Origin: a virus
Direction: 5' to 3' (one strand)
Virus record (IMG/VR): IMGVR_UViG_3300044838_000071
Location: 6,800 to 70,799 of that record
Length of the DNA: 64,000 nucleotides
In this document: positions 1 to 8,340 of the stretch, piece after piece
How the letters are laid out: every line of letters begins with the position of its first letter
How positions within the stretch are numbered: the first letter of the stretch is position 1
Translations under genes and position numbers: made by a program
Notes under the pieces: generated by a model
The model's input: the letters and a program-made list of their open reading frames with translations, nothing else
What the model was told of the DNA's origin: nothing
The model's database searches: none

Positions 1-297
1 ACGCCGGGGCTAGATGGTCGCCGTGGCCAGCTCGTCGCCAAGGTGACCGCGCGGGGTCTCTCCGAGCACATCGGTGATCTGTTCCGAGGGCTGTCGCCGC
101 CGCGCAGCGTTGACGAGTTGCCGGCGCTCGGCTCCGAGCATGTACTCGGCGAGGGTGCCGTCTTCTACCACGAGATGGAAGGTGCGCAGTGCATCGGCGT
201 GGCGCCCGATGATGAACGCGACGCAGACTGGCTCGACCCGCACGCGCTCTACCGGCTACACGAACAGGAAGTGGAGCTCAGGCTGGTGGAGGCATGA
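1..297 (+). CDS. hypothetical protein (5'-truncated by window edge)
   Basis: Frame open from base 1; GC3-rich codons; stop overlaps next ATG (ATGA). Confidence 0.6.
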   Translation, partial: TPGLDGRRGQLVAKVTARGLSEHIGDLFRGLSPPRSVDELPALGSEHVLGEGAVFYHEMEGAQCIGVAPDDERDADWLDPHALYRLHEQEVELRLVEA

Positions 298-455
298 GCG
301 CCGAGACCCGCAAGAACCTCGTCCTACGGCTCCCCGTGGATCTCCACGCCGAGCTCGTCCGTCGAGCAGAAGAGCAGGGCGTCTCGCTCAATCAGCTCTT
401 GGTCGCGCTGCTCGCCGGTGCTGTGGGGTTCTCGCTGCAGAAGAAGAAGCGATAG
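294..455 (+). CDS. ribbon-helix-helix (Arc/HicB C-terminal-like) DNA-binding protein, 53 aa
   Basis: Hand-translated MSAETRKNLVLRLPVDLHAELVRRAEEQGVSLNQLLVALLA; matches the LRLP..LH..L...A..EGVSLNQ RHH pattern; GGAGG upstream. Confidence 0.8.
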   Translation: MSAETRKNLVLRLPVDLHAELVRRAEEQGVSLNQLLVALLAGAVGFSLQKKKR

Positions 456-460
456 CCGGA

Positions 461-730
461 TCACCGGGCGGTCGCTGACTCGTTGGCGGCCGCCCTCAGC
501 ACTTCCTCGATCTCCGGCTGCGGCAGCGAGCGACCGCAGCGCACACACGATCCTTCGCCATCGCTCCAAGCCGAGTCGCACTTGCAGACGACGGGCGTCG
601 TGTCGTATGTCTTGCCCGCCTGCACATAGCCAACCGGCACGCGACGATGCGGCTTGCCGCTGACGGCTCGCGCCGCCCGCGCACGCGCCGCATCAGCCAC
701 GTCACGCTGAAGGGGCCGGACGTCACCCAC
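461..730 (-). CDS. small Zn-ribbon protein
   Basis: CKC...CVRCG motif; GTG start overlapping upstream stop (start uncertain). Confidence 0.5.
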   Translation of the reverse strand: MGDVRPLQRDVADAARARAARAVSGKPHRRVPVGYVQAGKTYDTTPVVCKCDSAWSDGEGSCVRCGRSLPQPEIEEVLRAAANESATAR

Positions 731-1463
731 GAGCTCGCTCCAGAGGCACGACGAGAGGGGAGCCGCAAGTGCCGGGATCACGCTCAGACTGCGCATCATT
801 GGCGGGCAGCTCGACCGACGACGCAGAATCTACCACCTCCGCGACCGGAAGTTCCGCCTGCAGCTTCGCAAGCTCCCTAGCGATCAGCTTCGCACGGTTG
901 CGGGCCTTCATCGTCAGCATCACGTATTGCACCGTCTCGATGTCCTCCGCCATGCGCCGGATCGCGGCCCGCTGCGGAGCCTGACGCCGCGCCATCGCCA
1001 CCACCCGTGCGTGCTCGCCGGCACCGGGCACCGCGATCACCTCGCCGGCGCTCAGCTGGTCGCTCGTCGTCGTGTAGCCGCTCGTGCGCCGCAGGAAGAC
1101 AGCATCGGTCTGCGTGACGAACTCCGACTCGTCGCCCGCCACGAACGGCACGACCCACACCAGCTGCCCCGGTCTCGGCTGGCCGTGCGCGCGCGTCCAC
1201 GCTTCCAGCGCACCCTGCACGCCGCCGTGGCCTTCCCGGCGCGCGTCCGACAGCGTCAGCTCGTCCAGCGGCTCGCGGCGGACCGGCGGCACGACCGTGA
1301 TCTCGGCCTGGCTCGGCGCGAACAGCCGCGGCTGCAGGTGGTAGACGCCGCCGACCTCGAGCGGGCACTTCGCGCGCGGCGAGCTCGACGCCGGCAGGCG
1401 CATCATGCGGCGCCGCAGCCGTGCGTTGTTGACAAGGTCGATCTCTGCCTGCGGGACGATCAC
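723..1463 (-). CDS. ASCH/PUA-like domain protein with C-terminal extension
   Basis: VRREPLDELTLSDARREG...WVVPF resembles the ASCH core; GTG overlaps upstream stop. Confidence 0.65.
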   Translation of the reverse strand: MIVPQAEIDLVNNARLRRRMMRLPASSSPRAKCPLEVGGVYHLQPRLFAPSQAEITVVPPVRREPLDELTLSDARREGHGGVQGALEAWTRAHGQPRPGQLVWVVPFVAGDESEFVTQTDAVFLRRTSGYTTTSDQLSAGEVIAVPGAGEHARVVAMARRQAPQRAAIRRMAEDIETVQYVMLTMKARNRAKLIARELAKLQAELPVAEVVDSASSVELPANDAQSERDPGTCGSPLVVPLERARG

Positions 1464-2383
1464 GCGACGGTCTCCGTGAGGGTGCGGCCCCACAGCGCGC
1501 GCTCGACGCGGTCAAGACGTGCGTCCGTCGGCTTCTGCTCGGCCAACTTCATCAACAGCTCGACGTAGGCCATCCGCATGTCGAACAGCCCATCGTCCAG
1601 CCGCATCATCAGCGCCGGGTCGACCGCGTCGGGCAGCACCATCGTGCCGCGATCGGTGGCGCCGGCAGGACTCGTCTCCGGTAGCGCCGGCTCGACGCGC
1701 TCTAGCTCAGCGCCGCCAGCGAACGGCGCCGGGGGCTTCGCAGGCTCAGCTCCTCGGAGGCACCACGTCGACGCCCACGCCGCACGGTGCTCGCCGTCAC
1801 TGTCAACGTAGCGGTTGCCGGTGTTTACGCACACGCGGCGCACAAGCTGGCCGGCCGTTTTCCTGTCGCCGATCCCGAGCGCGATCGCAACCTCGCGGAA
1901 CGTCACCTCCCTACCGTCAGCCAGCAACTCGCGCAGCTTCTCCTCCCGCTCACGGGCAATCTGGACGTTTGACGGGCGCATCACAGAGGCAGGAGAATGG
2001 ACGATGGCGGGCAACCTCTCAGGTGAAGGGACCACGGGCTGGCGCTGCGCCACGGGAGGAGCCGCTGCTCGCGGCGCCGACGCAGCGCCAGCGCCGTTCA
2101 GGCTCCCACGCGGAGCGGACCTGACCGGGACGCCACCATTGTCGTCCTCGCCGACGACGTCAGCGATAGAGCTCGCCAGCGGCCGCTCCCCCGAGCCCAT
2201 CGCGCTCTCGATCTTCTCGCGGATTCGCGCCAGCGCCTCCTCGACGCCGTTCTCGCCCTCGTAGACGCCGCGGTAGAGCTGCGCGAGCGCCTGCGGCGAC
2301 TTGCCCTGCGCGGAGCGGCGCAGAAGCGTCTGCTCATGCTCGGAGAGGACTTCTCGGATGACGCGCGCCTCGGCTGCTCCCAT
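1460..2383 (-). CDS. DNA-binding protein: N-terminal LuxR/sigma-region-4-like HTH plus central winged helix
   Basis: LSEHEQTLLRRSAQGKSPQALA...LARIREKI and LLADGREVTFREVAIALGI motifs. Confidence 0.6.
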   Translation of the reverse strand: MGAAEARVIREVLSEHEQTLLRRSAQGKSPQALAQLYRGVYEGENGVEEALARIREKIESAMGSGERPLASSIADVVGEDDNGGVPVRSAPRGSLNGAGAASAPRAAAPPVAQRQPVVPSPERLPAIVHSPASVMRPSNVQIAREREEKLRELLADGREVTFREVAIALGIGDRKTAGQLVRRVCVNTGNRYVDSDGEHRAAWASTWCLRGAEPAKPPAPFAGGAELERVEPALPETSPAGATDRGTMVLPDAVDPALMMRLDDGLFDMRMAYVELLMKLAEQKPTDARLDRVERALWGRTLTETVA

Positions 2384-2415
2384 GCGCGCTACTTTCTAAC
2401 GCACAGTGCGGACGC

Positions 2416-2613
2416 CTACGCCGCTCGGCCCTCCTCGAGCGCGATCCGGTAGACCCACGCCCGCGTCACACCGTAGGCGTCGGCGATCTCCTGGGCGCTG
2501 CCGAGTTTCTGCTTCAGCGCCTTGGCGATGTCCCGGTTGCGCTGCTCAACGGCCGCGTCGTAGGCGTGCTGCGCGCGGTGCCAGCGGCGCGGACCTGGCC
2601 CGAGGTCAGCCAT
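2416..2613 (-). CDS. small HTH protein
   Basis: SAQEIADAYGVTRAWVYRI HTH. Confidence 0.7.
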   Translation of the reverse strand: MADLGPGPRRWHRAQHAYDAAVEQRNRDIAKALKQKLGSAQEIADAYGVTRAWVYRIALEEGRAA

Positions 2614-2872
2614 CGTCCTTCACCAAAAGCCCAGCGAGCAGCGGCTCAATCAGCCCACCGAGCAGCGCGCGATGGCGAGGCAGCCCCGCATCGAGCGCAC
2701 GCTCTATCTGCTCAGCAAGAACGAAGACGTATGCCTGCGCCGAGATGGGATCCACGTCGGTGCCGGTGAATAGCGAGCGGAACGCCACCTCGCCGTCTTC
2801 GGGCACCGTGAGGAATCCCGCCTCGACTCGCTTGCGGGCGCTCGCTGCCGCCACGAGAAGCGGATCAGCCAT
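2606..2872 (-). CDS. hypothetical phage protein
   Basis: Coupled ORF in leftward operon. Confidence 0.55.
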   Translation of the reverse strand: MADPLLVAAASARKRVEAGFLTVPEDGEVAFRSLFTGTDVDPISAQAYVFVLAEQIERALDAGLPRHRALLGGLIEPLLAGLLVKDDG

Positions 2873-3074
2873 CGACCGCTCCCAGCTCGCCGGGCAGCCG
2901 CGCGCCCGGCGTGTTGTAGCGCATGTCGAGCTCCTGGTAGGTCTCGGGGAAGATGCTCCGCAGCGCGACGATGTTGTCGCCGTCGGCGCGCAGCATCGCC
3001 GCCATGATGAGCCCGTAGAAGGGGGCGTCGGCCTTGTCCAACTCGATCGCGTACTGGTACTCGTGCAGGCTCAT
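2865..3074 (-). CDS. hypothetical actinophage-type protein
   Basis: FYGLIMAAMLRAD..N...L...FP....EL..RYNTPG resembles a small actinophage family; coupled ORF. Confidence 0.65.
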   Translation of the reverse strand: MSLHEYQYAIELDKADAPFYGLIMAAMLRADGDNIVALRSIFPETYQELDMRYNTPGARLPGELGAVDG

Positions 3075-3307
3075 CCGCGGTCCTCCATCTCGAAGAAATC
3101 GACCATGTTCTCAGCCACGCCCTCCCACAGCACCTCGTTGGCGAGCTGCACGTAGTAGACGGTCTCGCCGCCGGCGAACTTGACGCCCTCAACTTTGCCC
3201 GGTGCCCACTCCTCGAGCGGGATGTTAGTGCCGAGCAGACAGCACTCGCCGAACGTCTGCCGTCTGACGTACACGCGCTGCTCGATCTCGAACGCCATCG
3301 CAGTCAC
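3071..3307 (-). CDS. hypothetical protein (SH3/KOW-like beta barrel possible)
   Basis: Coupled ORF; FEIEQRVYV...GKVEGV...YYVQL pattern. Confidence 0.55.
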   Translation of the reverse strand: MTAMAFEIEQRVYVRRQTFGECCLLGTNIPLEEWAPGKVEGVKFAGGETVYYVQLANEVLWEGVAENMVDFFEMEDRG

Positions 3308-3657
3308 GGTCGCAGCACCTCGAACTCGATGTGCCAGACCCAGAGCGCGCTGTCGTAGACGCCGTTGATCTCAGCGAACGCCGCCTCAAACTCAGCGGCG
3401 TCAGCGAAGCCCTCGAGCCGCGCTTCGGCGTCGCTTAACTGGCCGAGCAGTTGCCGCCAGCACGCCACCACGCGCGCTTCGCCGATGCGCCGCTCGCCCC
3501 GGCCAGGGTTGATCGTGAAGACCTTGCCGGGCACGTACCGGCACCGCTCGCGCCACCACGGCGAGCGCGGGTTGTCCGAGCACAGGCGGCGCGTGACTGT
3601 CTTCTCGCCGGCGAGCGCCGCCTCCGCAAGGTCGCGCTGAAAGATCATCGACGCCAC
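3304..3657 (-). CDS. ASCH domain protein
   Basis: MIF....A.LAGEKTVTRR (GxKxxTxR) and L.QLSDAEARLEGF...VWHIEF motifs. Confidence 0.85.
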   Translation of the reverse strand: MASMIFQRDLAEAALAGEKTVTRRLCSDNPRSPWWRERCRYVPGKVFTINPGRGERRIGEARVVACWRQLLGQLSDAEARLEGFADAAEFEAAFAEINGVYDSALWVWHIEFEVLRP

Positions 3658-3769
3658 ATCCGATCAACCCAGACATGCCACCGTTTGCCACGCCAGCGCC
3701 GGTAGAAGCGCTGGATCACGATGGGGCCGATCTGCACCTCGTGGGCGCTGTGGCCGCGCACTAGGAGCG

Positions 3770-3955
3770 TCATCGCTCGTCCTTGTGGCGCTTGATCGTG
3801 ATGACCTTCGTGCCGTTCGCGAATAGGGTCACGTTGGCGATGTAGAGCTCGGGGCCCGTCACGACCACGTAGTCGTCAGCCGCGCAGTACTCGGTCTCCT
3901 GCTCGCCGGTCGCGCGCACCGTCGTTGTCACGTCGGCTCCGTCGTCGGGCACCAT
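3770..3955 (-). CDS. hypothetical protein
   Basis: ORF in operon with normal codon use. Confidence 0.5.
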   Translation of the reverse strand: MVPDDGADVTTTVRATGEQETEYCAADDYVVVTGPELYIANVTLFANGTKVITIKRHKDER

Positions 3956-4735
3956 TCAGACATCCTCGCCGAGGAGCAGCCGCACGGCGTAATACCAAGC
4001 GGCGCCGAACGTGTTGCCGCTGTGACCATCGTCCATGCCCGGCATCAACTCTCGCTGACGCTCATACGGGAGATTCGACCACCACAGCAGCCATCGCACT
4101 GCGGGAGTCAACTCAGACGCCGGCCGCTCGGCCTGGCGGGGGTGCTCGCGCTCGAAGCTGCCGTCGCCGAACCACGCGTCTACCTCATGCGTGCCTTCCT
4201 GGGCGTCGGCTGCCACGCGCGCTCGAGCGGCAAAGACATCGGCCTGGGAGCAAGCGAAGATCTCGTAGCCTTCGCTCTCAATCCTGAAGTCGGCACGCTC
4301 GCCACGGAAGCGGTCGATGCGACCTTTCATCGGCTCCGACAGCGCCGCGTAGGTTGCATCCAGCTTCTCGCGCTCCCGCACGAAGCGCTCCCGCTTTTCG
4401 CGGTCGTAGGCAGCGAGCCAGCGGACGCGCTCGGCGAAGCGCTCCCACGGCGTGCGCCAGAACATCTCCACGCCGTTGATGTCGATCCCGTGGAAGGTGC
4501 TCATGCCGTCGACGTAGATCCGAATGGTGTCGCCGACCTTCACCTCGACGCCGTCCTTCGCCGGGCACCCGCAGCCCCGGCTATCCCAGCCCAGTGACCA
4601 CGTCTTGCCATCCTCGCTGAGCGTTGCCTCGGTCAGGACGCCCTCGTCGTAGCGATCCTCGGTCTTCATCTCCGCGATCGTGCGTGGGTCATCGACCTCG
4701 CGCAGCCTTGTCAGTTCGTCGATGTCAGTCACCAC
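3956..4735 (-). CDS. hypothetical protein (C-terminal GHSGNTFG motif)
   Basis: 259-aa coupled ORF. Confidence 0.65.
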   Translation of the reverse strand: MVTDIDELTRLREVDDPRTIAEMKTEDRYDEGVLTEATLSEDGKTWSLGWDSRGCGCPAKDGVEVKVGDTIRIYVDGMSTFHGIDINGVEMFWRTPWERFAERVRWLAAYDREKRERFVREREKLDATYAALSEPMKGRIDRFRGERADFRIESEGYEIFACSQADVFAARARVAADAQEGTHEVDAWFGDGSFEREHPRQAERPASELTPAVRWLLWWSNLPYERQRELMPGMDDGHSGNTFGAAWYYAVRLLLGEDV

Positions 4736-5058
4736 CCGTCCCTCCCCTCGAGGAAGTCCGCGCGTGCTTCCGCGCGCCGCTCAGCCATGTCGTCGTAGTC
4801 CGGCTCCGGGCAGTAGTCCGGGCACACCTCGCCGTCGTAGGAGCGCACCGACTCGACCAGCGCCTCCGGGTTCTCGCGCAGATGCCTCTCGCGCGCCTCG
4901 TCGCCATCGGACGCCTCGAGCGTGTGCTCGCCGTCGTCATCGACCACGATCCACCAGCCGTCCTCGGGTAGCAACGCGCCGCAGTCCGCGCACTTCCATT
5001 CGCCCGTGATCTGAGGCTCGTTCCCAGACACGCCCGGTGGTAGGTTCGATCCGCTCAT
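4729..5058 (-). CDS. Zn-ribbon protein
   Basis: N-terminal NLPPGV motif; CADC...CPDYC. Confidence 0.6.
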   Translation of the reverse strand: MSGSNLPPGVSGNEPQITGEWKCADCGALLPEDGWWIVVDDDGEHTLEASDGDEARERHLRENPEALVESVRSYDGEVCPDYCPEPDYDDMAERRAEARADFLEGRDGW

Positions 5059-5246
5059 CAGATCGCCTCGAGAGGTGCGTCGAGTGTCGAGATGGCCTCC
5101 CAGAGGTCACGCGGGACTTTCCCACGACGCCGCGACTGGCGGTTGTTGTGCGCCATGAACAGCTGGACGATCGCGCTCATCGTCCGCGCCGTGTCTTCGA
5201 CGGCCTCCTGGTCGTTGTCGCCGACCGGGTCGTAGCGTTGCGCCAT
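5058..5246 (-). CDS. hypothetical protein
   Basis: ATG overlaps upstream TGA; coupled. Confidence 0.45.
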   Translation of the reverse strand: MAQRYDPVGDNDQEAVEDTARTMSAIVQLFMAHNNRQSRRRGKVPRDLWEAISTLDAPLEAI

Positions 5247-5407
5247 CAGTCGATCAGCCCCACGCGAATCGCCGCGCCGATGACCGTGTGCACGACCGGC
5301 GCCAGCGCCCGCCGCAGCCGCCGACGGCGCGGGCTCGAGGCCCACAGCCCGCCGGCGAGCAGCAGCAGCCAACCCGCCCCGATGTAGAAGCCAGCGGTGA
5401 AGGTCAT
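5246..5407 (-). CDS. small membrane protein (2 hydrophobic segments)
   Basis: Hand-translated MTFTAGFYIGAGWLLLLAGGLWA...VVHTVIGAAIRVGLID; AGGAGG upstream. Confidence 0.55.
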   Translation of the reverse strand: MTFTAGFYIGAGWLLLLAGGLWASSPRRRRLRRALAPVVHTVIGAAIRVGLID

Positions 5408-5625
5408 CGCCGTGCGTCCTCCTGAGCGCGCGCCAGCATGAAGCCCGCGCGCTGCTTACGATCGCGCCCCGGCTCGACGTGCTCGGGGCAGCGCACCTGC
5501 TCCCCATCGACGTAGAAGCGCGTCGCAGCCCGGATCTCGAGCACGCCGTAGGGCGCCCAGCGGCAGAACATCTTCGGCGTCTCCGTCGCCCCGCACTCGT
5601 CGCAGCGCAGTGTCAGCGTCATCAT
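5404..5625 (-). CDS. small Zn-finger protein
   Basis: CDECG...CPEH. Confidence 0.55.
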   Translation of the reverse strand: MMTLTLRCDECGATETPKMFCRWAPYGVLEIRAATRFYVDGEQVRCPEHVEPGRDRKQRAGFMLARAQEDARR

Positions 5626-6014
5626 CGGCTGACCCTGTCGCGGAGCCATGCGAGCGCCTGCGAGTGCTCGGCCCGCTCCTTCGGCGAAGCGTGCTCGACG
5701 TGGTACTCGCCGCGCCGCGCGCACGCCTCGCAGTCCTCGAACCAGGCGCGGATCACGCGCAGGAACGGGTCCGCATGCTCGTCCCATTCAGCGCGCAGCT
5801 CGTCGTGACGCGCTTTCAACTCGGGCGTCGCGGTCTCAGCTCGCGGCGACAGGAAGCCGAAGTGACCGCCGCACTCCAAGCAGTAGAACTCCGCCCTGGG
5901 GAACGCCATCGTCGAGATCAGCGGCGTCGGCTCGGTGCATCTTGGGCAGCACGCCATCGGCTTCTGCTTGCGGCCGATCAGGTCGAGGCCCTTCGCTACA
6001 TCCAGCGCGCTCAT
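5622..6014 (-). CDS. Zn-ribbon protein
   Basis: CPRC...CLECG...CEAC...H motifs. Confidence 0.6.
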   Translation of the reverse strand: MSALDVAKGLDLIGRKQKPMACCPRCTEPTPLISTMAFPRAEFYCLECGGHFGFLSPRAETATPELKARHDELRAEWDEHADPFLRVIRAWFEDCEACARRGEYHVEHASPKERAEHSQALAWLRDRVSR

Positions 6015-6262
6015 CGCGGCGTCCTGCCCTTCTCCGTCCCGAAGCGCGCGCCGTCGAAGATCCCCGCGAGCGAGCCCGAGACCGCGACCGGCGCATCGCC
6101 CATGTGGATCTCGTGGTCGCCGAAGCGATCCAGGAACGCGTGCGCCTCGTCGGTGCGCAGCGTCAGCGCGCCGCAGAACGCCCGAGGCCCCTCGTCTTCG
6201 CCCGCGAACACCCTGACCCGCGTGTGGCCGTTGCCCGGCCTGACGTACAGCTTGAGGCTCAC
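6011..6262 (-). CDS. hypothetical protein
   Basis: GTG start; HTRVRVFAG...CGALTL. Confidence 0.5.
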   Translation of the reverse strand: MSLKLYVRPGNGHTRVRVFAGEDEGPRAFCGALTLRTDEAHAFLDRFGDHEIHMGDAPVAVSGSLAGIFDGARFGTEKGRTPR

Positions 6263-6379
6263 CACGCGAGCGCGCCCATGATCGTTGCCACCAGCTGCTC
6301 GACCAGACGCAGCGCTTCCAGTGCCGTGTTCATCCCATGATCCTTTCTCCAACTGTATTTCGGATAGTATACACGACAG

Positions 6380-6871
6380 ATGGCCGACTTCAAGCTGATT
6401 CCCCTGCACGGTCGAAAAGGCGTCGTGCGGGGGTACGCGAAGGTCGATCCCGAGGACTATGCCGAGCTGAGCCGTTGGCGATGGCACCTGCTCGGTGGCC
6501 GACACCGCTACGCCGCTCGCACCGTTGCTCTGGGTGGCGGGAAGACGCGGCACGTCCTCATGCACCGGCAGATCCTAGGGACTCCGCCACAGCTACAGAC
6601 CGACCACAAGAACGGCGACAAGCTGGACAATCGGCGCAGCAACCTACGCATCGTCAAGCAGGTGCAGAACGCGCAGAACCTTCGATCGCTCCGCAGCGAC
6701 AACACCTCGGGCTATCGAGGCGTCACGTGGCAGAAGGATGCCCAGAAATGGAAGGCGCAAGGCAAAATCGGTCGTCGCCTGCATCTCATCGGCTACTTCG
6801 ACGATGTCCATGAGGCAGGACGCGCCGCCGCCGCGTGGCGAGCCGAACACATGCCGTTCTCGACGAGCTAA
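6380..6871 (+). CDS. HNH homing endonuclease with AP2 DNA-binding domain
   Basis: MHRQI...DHKNGDKLDNRRSNLR...NTSGYRGV.W....KW.A; antisense to flanking genes. Confidence 0.92.
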   Translation: MADFKLIPLHGRKGVVRGYAKVDPEDYAELSRWRWHLLGGRHRYAARTVALGGGKTRHVLMHRQILGTPPQLQTDHKNGDKLDNRRSNLRIVKQVQNAQNLRSLRSDNTSGYRGVTWQKDAQKWKAQGKIGRRLHLIGYFDDVHEAGRAAAAWRAEHMPFSTS

Positions 6872-6872
6872 C

Positions 6873-6907
6873 CCTCACCGCTCCATCCCTACAGCGGCAG
6901 TGAGAGG
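6873..6907 (+). terminator. imperfect hairpin after HNH gene
   Basis: CTCACCGCT...AGCGGCAGTGAG pairing; no U-tract. Confidence 0.35.
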
Positions 6908-7133
6908 TCGTGTCGGCACCAGCGCCTCGTGTCTCCGAGAACGCCTGACTCACCGCCAGCGTCTACTACATGGCGACTTTGCGATCGATTTTCCGGCTGA
7001 TCTCCATCTCCCCGCCTGTACGGTCCTCTCGGCCGCCTCGGTGCGCGCTTGCCTAGGGCGCTACGGGATCGCGTGCTCGGTGGCATCACTTGGCAGCGAC
7101 AGCGGTTGTCGCCGGGGTGCTCACGGGCCGCGT

Positions 7134-7150
7134 GCCGGGCTGTGCCGGAC
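7134..7150 (-). promoter_or_regulatory. AGCCCGG-N3-AGCCCGG motif, copy 1 (one mismatch)
   Basis: Minus strand AGTCCGG CAC AGCCCGG. Confidence 0.55.
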
Positions 7151-7316
7151 TCTGAGGCGCTTCGCGGCGCTCATCGAGCCCCACGGCCTAGCCGGGTCGA
7201 TCGTGAGCGTACGTCCGCCTGTGCTGTATCCTGACCCTTGCATCTCAACCTGTGAGAAGACTACCTCGTCTCTCTCCTCCCTCACTCGGCCCGCTCCCCC
7301 GCGGGTCGATTTCGTT

Positions 7317-7664
7317 CTAGGTCTTCCTGCCGTTCTCGTCGAACAGCAGCCTGTAGACAGCGCGCTTGCGTTCCGCGCGCTCCTGGCCCGTCGGCTGTGT
7401 GATCTCCAGCCAGCCTTCGCGCTCGAGCGCGTCGAACAACTGCGTGAACCTCGTCGCGATCTTGCGCGTCGGCGGATCCTGCCAGCCGAGGAACGCCAGC
7501 CGCGGTCCGAGCTGGCGCCAGCCGGGTGAGCACTCGCCGGCGTCCGCGTACGCCGCGATCAGGACGAGGAGCTTTCGCCGCTTCTGGCCCTCGATCGGGA
7601 GCTTGAACGCAGCACGCGCGCGAGGACCCATCAGCGGCTGGATCTCCTCGACGGTCACGCTCAC
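7317..7664 (-). CDS. winged-helix protein, replication-initiator N-terminal-like
   Basis: KLLVLIAAYAD..ECSPGWRQLG...LEREGWLE...YRL pattern typical of phage replication-organiser wHTH domains. Confidence 0.6.
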   Translation of the reverse strand: MSVTVEEIQPLMGPRARAAFKLPIEGQKRRKLLVLIAAYADAGECSPGWRQLGPRLAFLGWQDPPTRKIATRFTQLFDALEREGWLEITQPTGQERAERKRAVYRLLFDENGRKT

Positions 7665-7774
7665 CCGAAGAACCGCTCGGCGTCGACGTAGTTGACCTGC
7701 GCTGCGTCCGCCGCCTCGCGGTCGCTGTCCATGTCGCCGACGTAGACCATCGCCGCGTCGCGCGCGCAGGTCAC
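7661..7774 (-). pseudogene. C-terminal remnant of a HAD-family phosphatase (37 aa)
   Basis: Hand-translated MVYVGDMDSDREAADAAQVNYVDAERFFG = HAD motif IV (GDxxxD); motif I absent. Confidence 0.5.
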
Positions 7775-8340
7775 GGCTGCGGCTCCGGATCGATAAGCGA
7801 ACGCTGGGCGCTGGCGCTCCCCTTCGGCTTCGGGGTCATTCCAGGCAAAAGTCCCTCCTCACGGAGCACCTGTAGCGTCTCGACATCGGCGGAGTTCACC
7901 GCCTCCTCGAACCGATCCGTGTCGCGGTAAAGGATGTGCCAGCCGTGGTGATGGCGCGTCGTGCCGTTCGAGCGCGTGCTCACGAAATGGTCGGCCTTCA
8001 GCCCCTCGATCGCCGCGTGATGCACCTCGATCGGGTACTTCTTCAGGAACGGCTCGCACAGCTCGAACACGTCGAGTTTCCACACGCTGCGACGGCCCAT
8101 CACGCGGTTGTAGTGCTGGTGCAGCTCGACCGCCTTCGGCCACAGCGGGTTCTCTTCCGCCTCCTTCTGCTTGTCGCGTTCGAGATCCCCGATGCGATGC
8201 GCCTGGCTGCGGATCGTGCGCTCCTTCTCGCGGAGCTCGTCCTGCAGCCGCACGACCATCCCTTCCAGGCCCTCTTGCGTGACCTCGACGAGCTCGCCGG
8301 TCTCGGGGTGCGGCAGGTTGACCTTGGGCGTGGCGCTCAT
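7771..8340 (-). CDS. coiled-coil protein with replication-protein C-terminal-like helical domain
   Basis: HYNRVMG...AAIEG..D.F....W.ILYRD..RFE resembles the helical C-terminus of phage replication organisers. Confidence 0.5.
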   Translation of the reverse strand: MSATPKVNLPHPETGELVEVTQEGLEGMVVRLQDELREKERTIRSQAHRIGDLERDKQKEAEENPLWPKAVELHQHYNRVMGRRSVWKLDVFELCEPFLKKYPIEVHHAAIEGLKADHFVSTRSNGTTRHHHGWHILYRDTDRFEEAVNSADVETLQVLREEGLLPGMTPKPKGSASAQRSLIDPEPQP

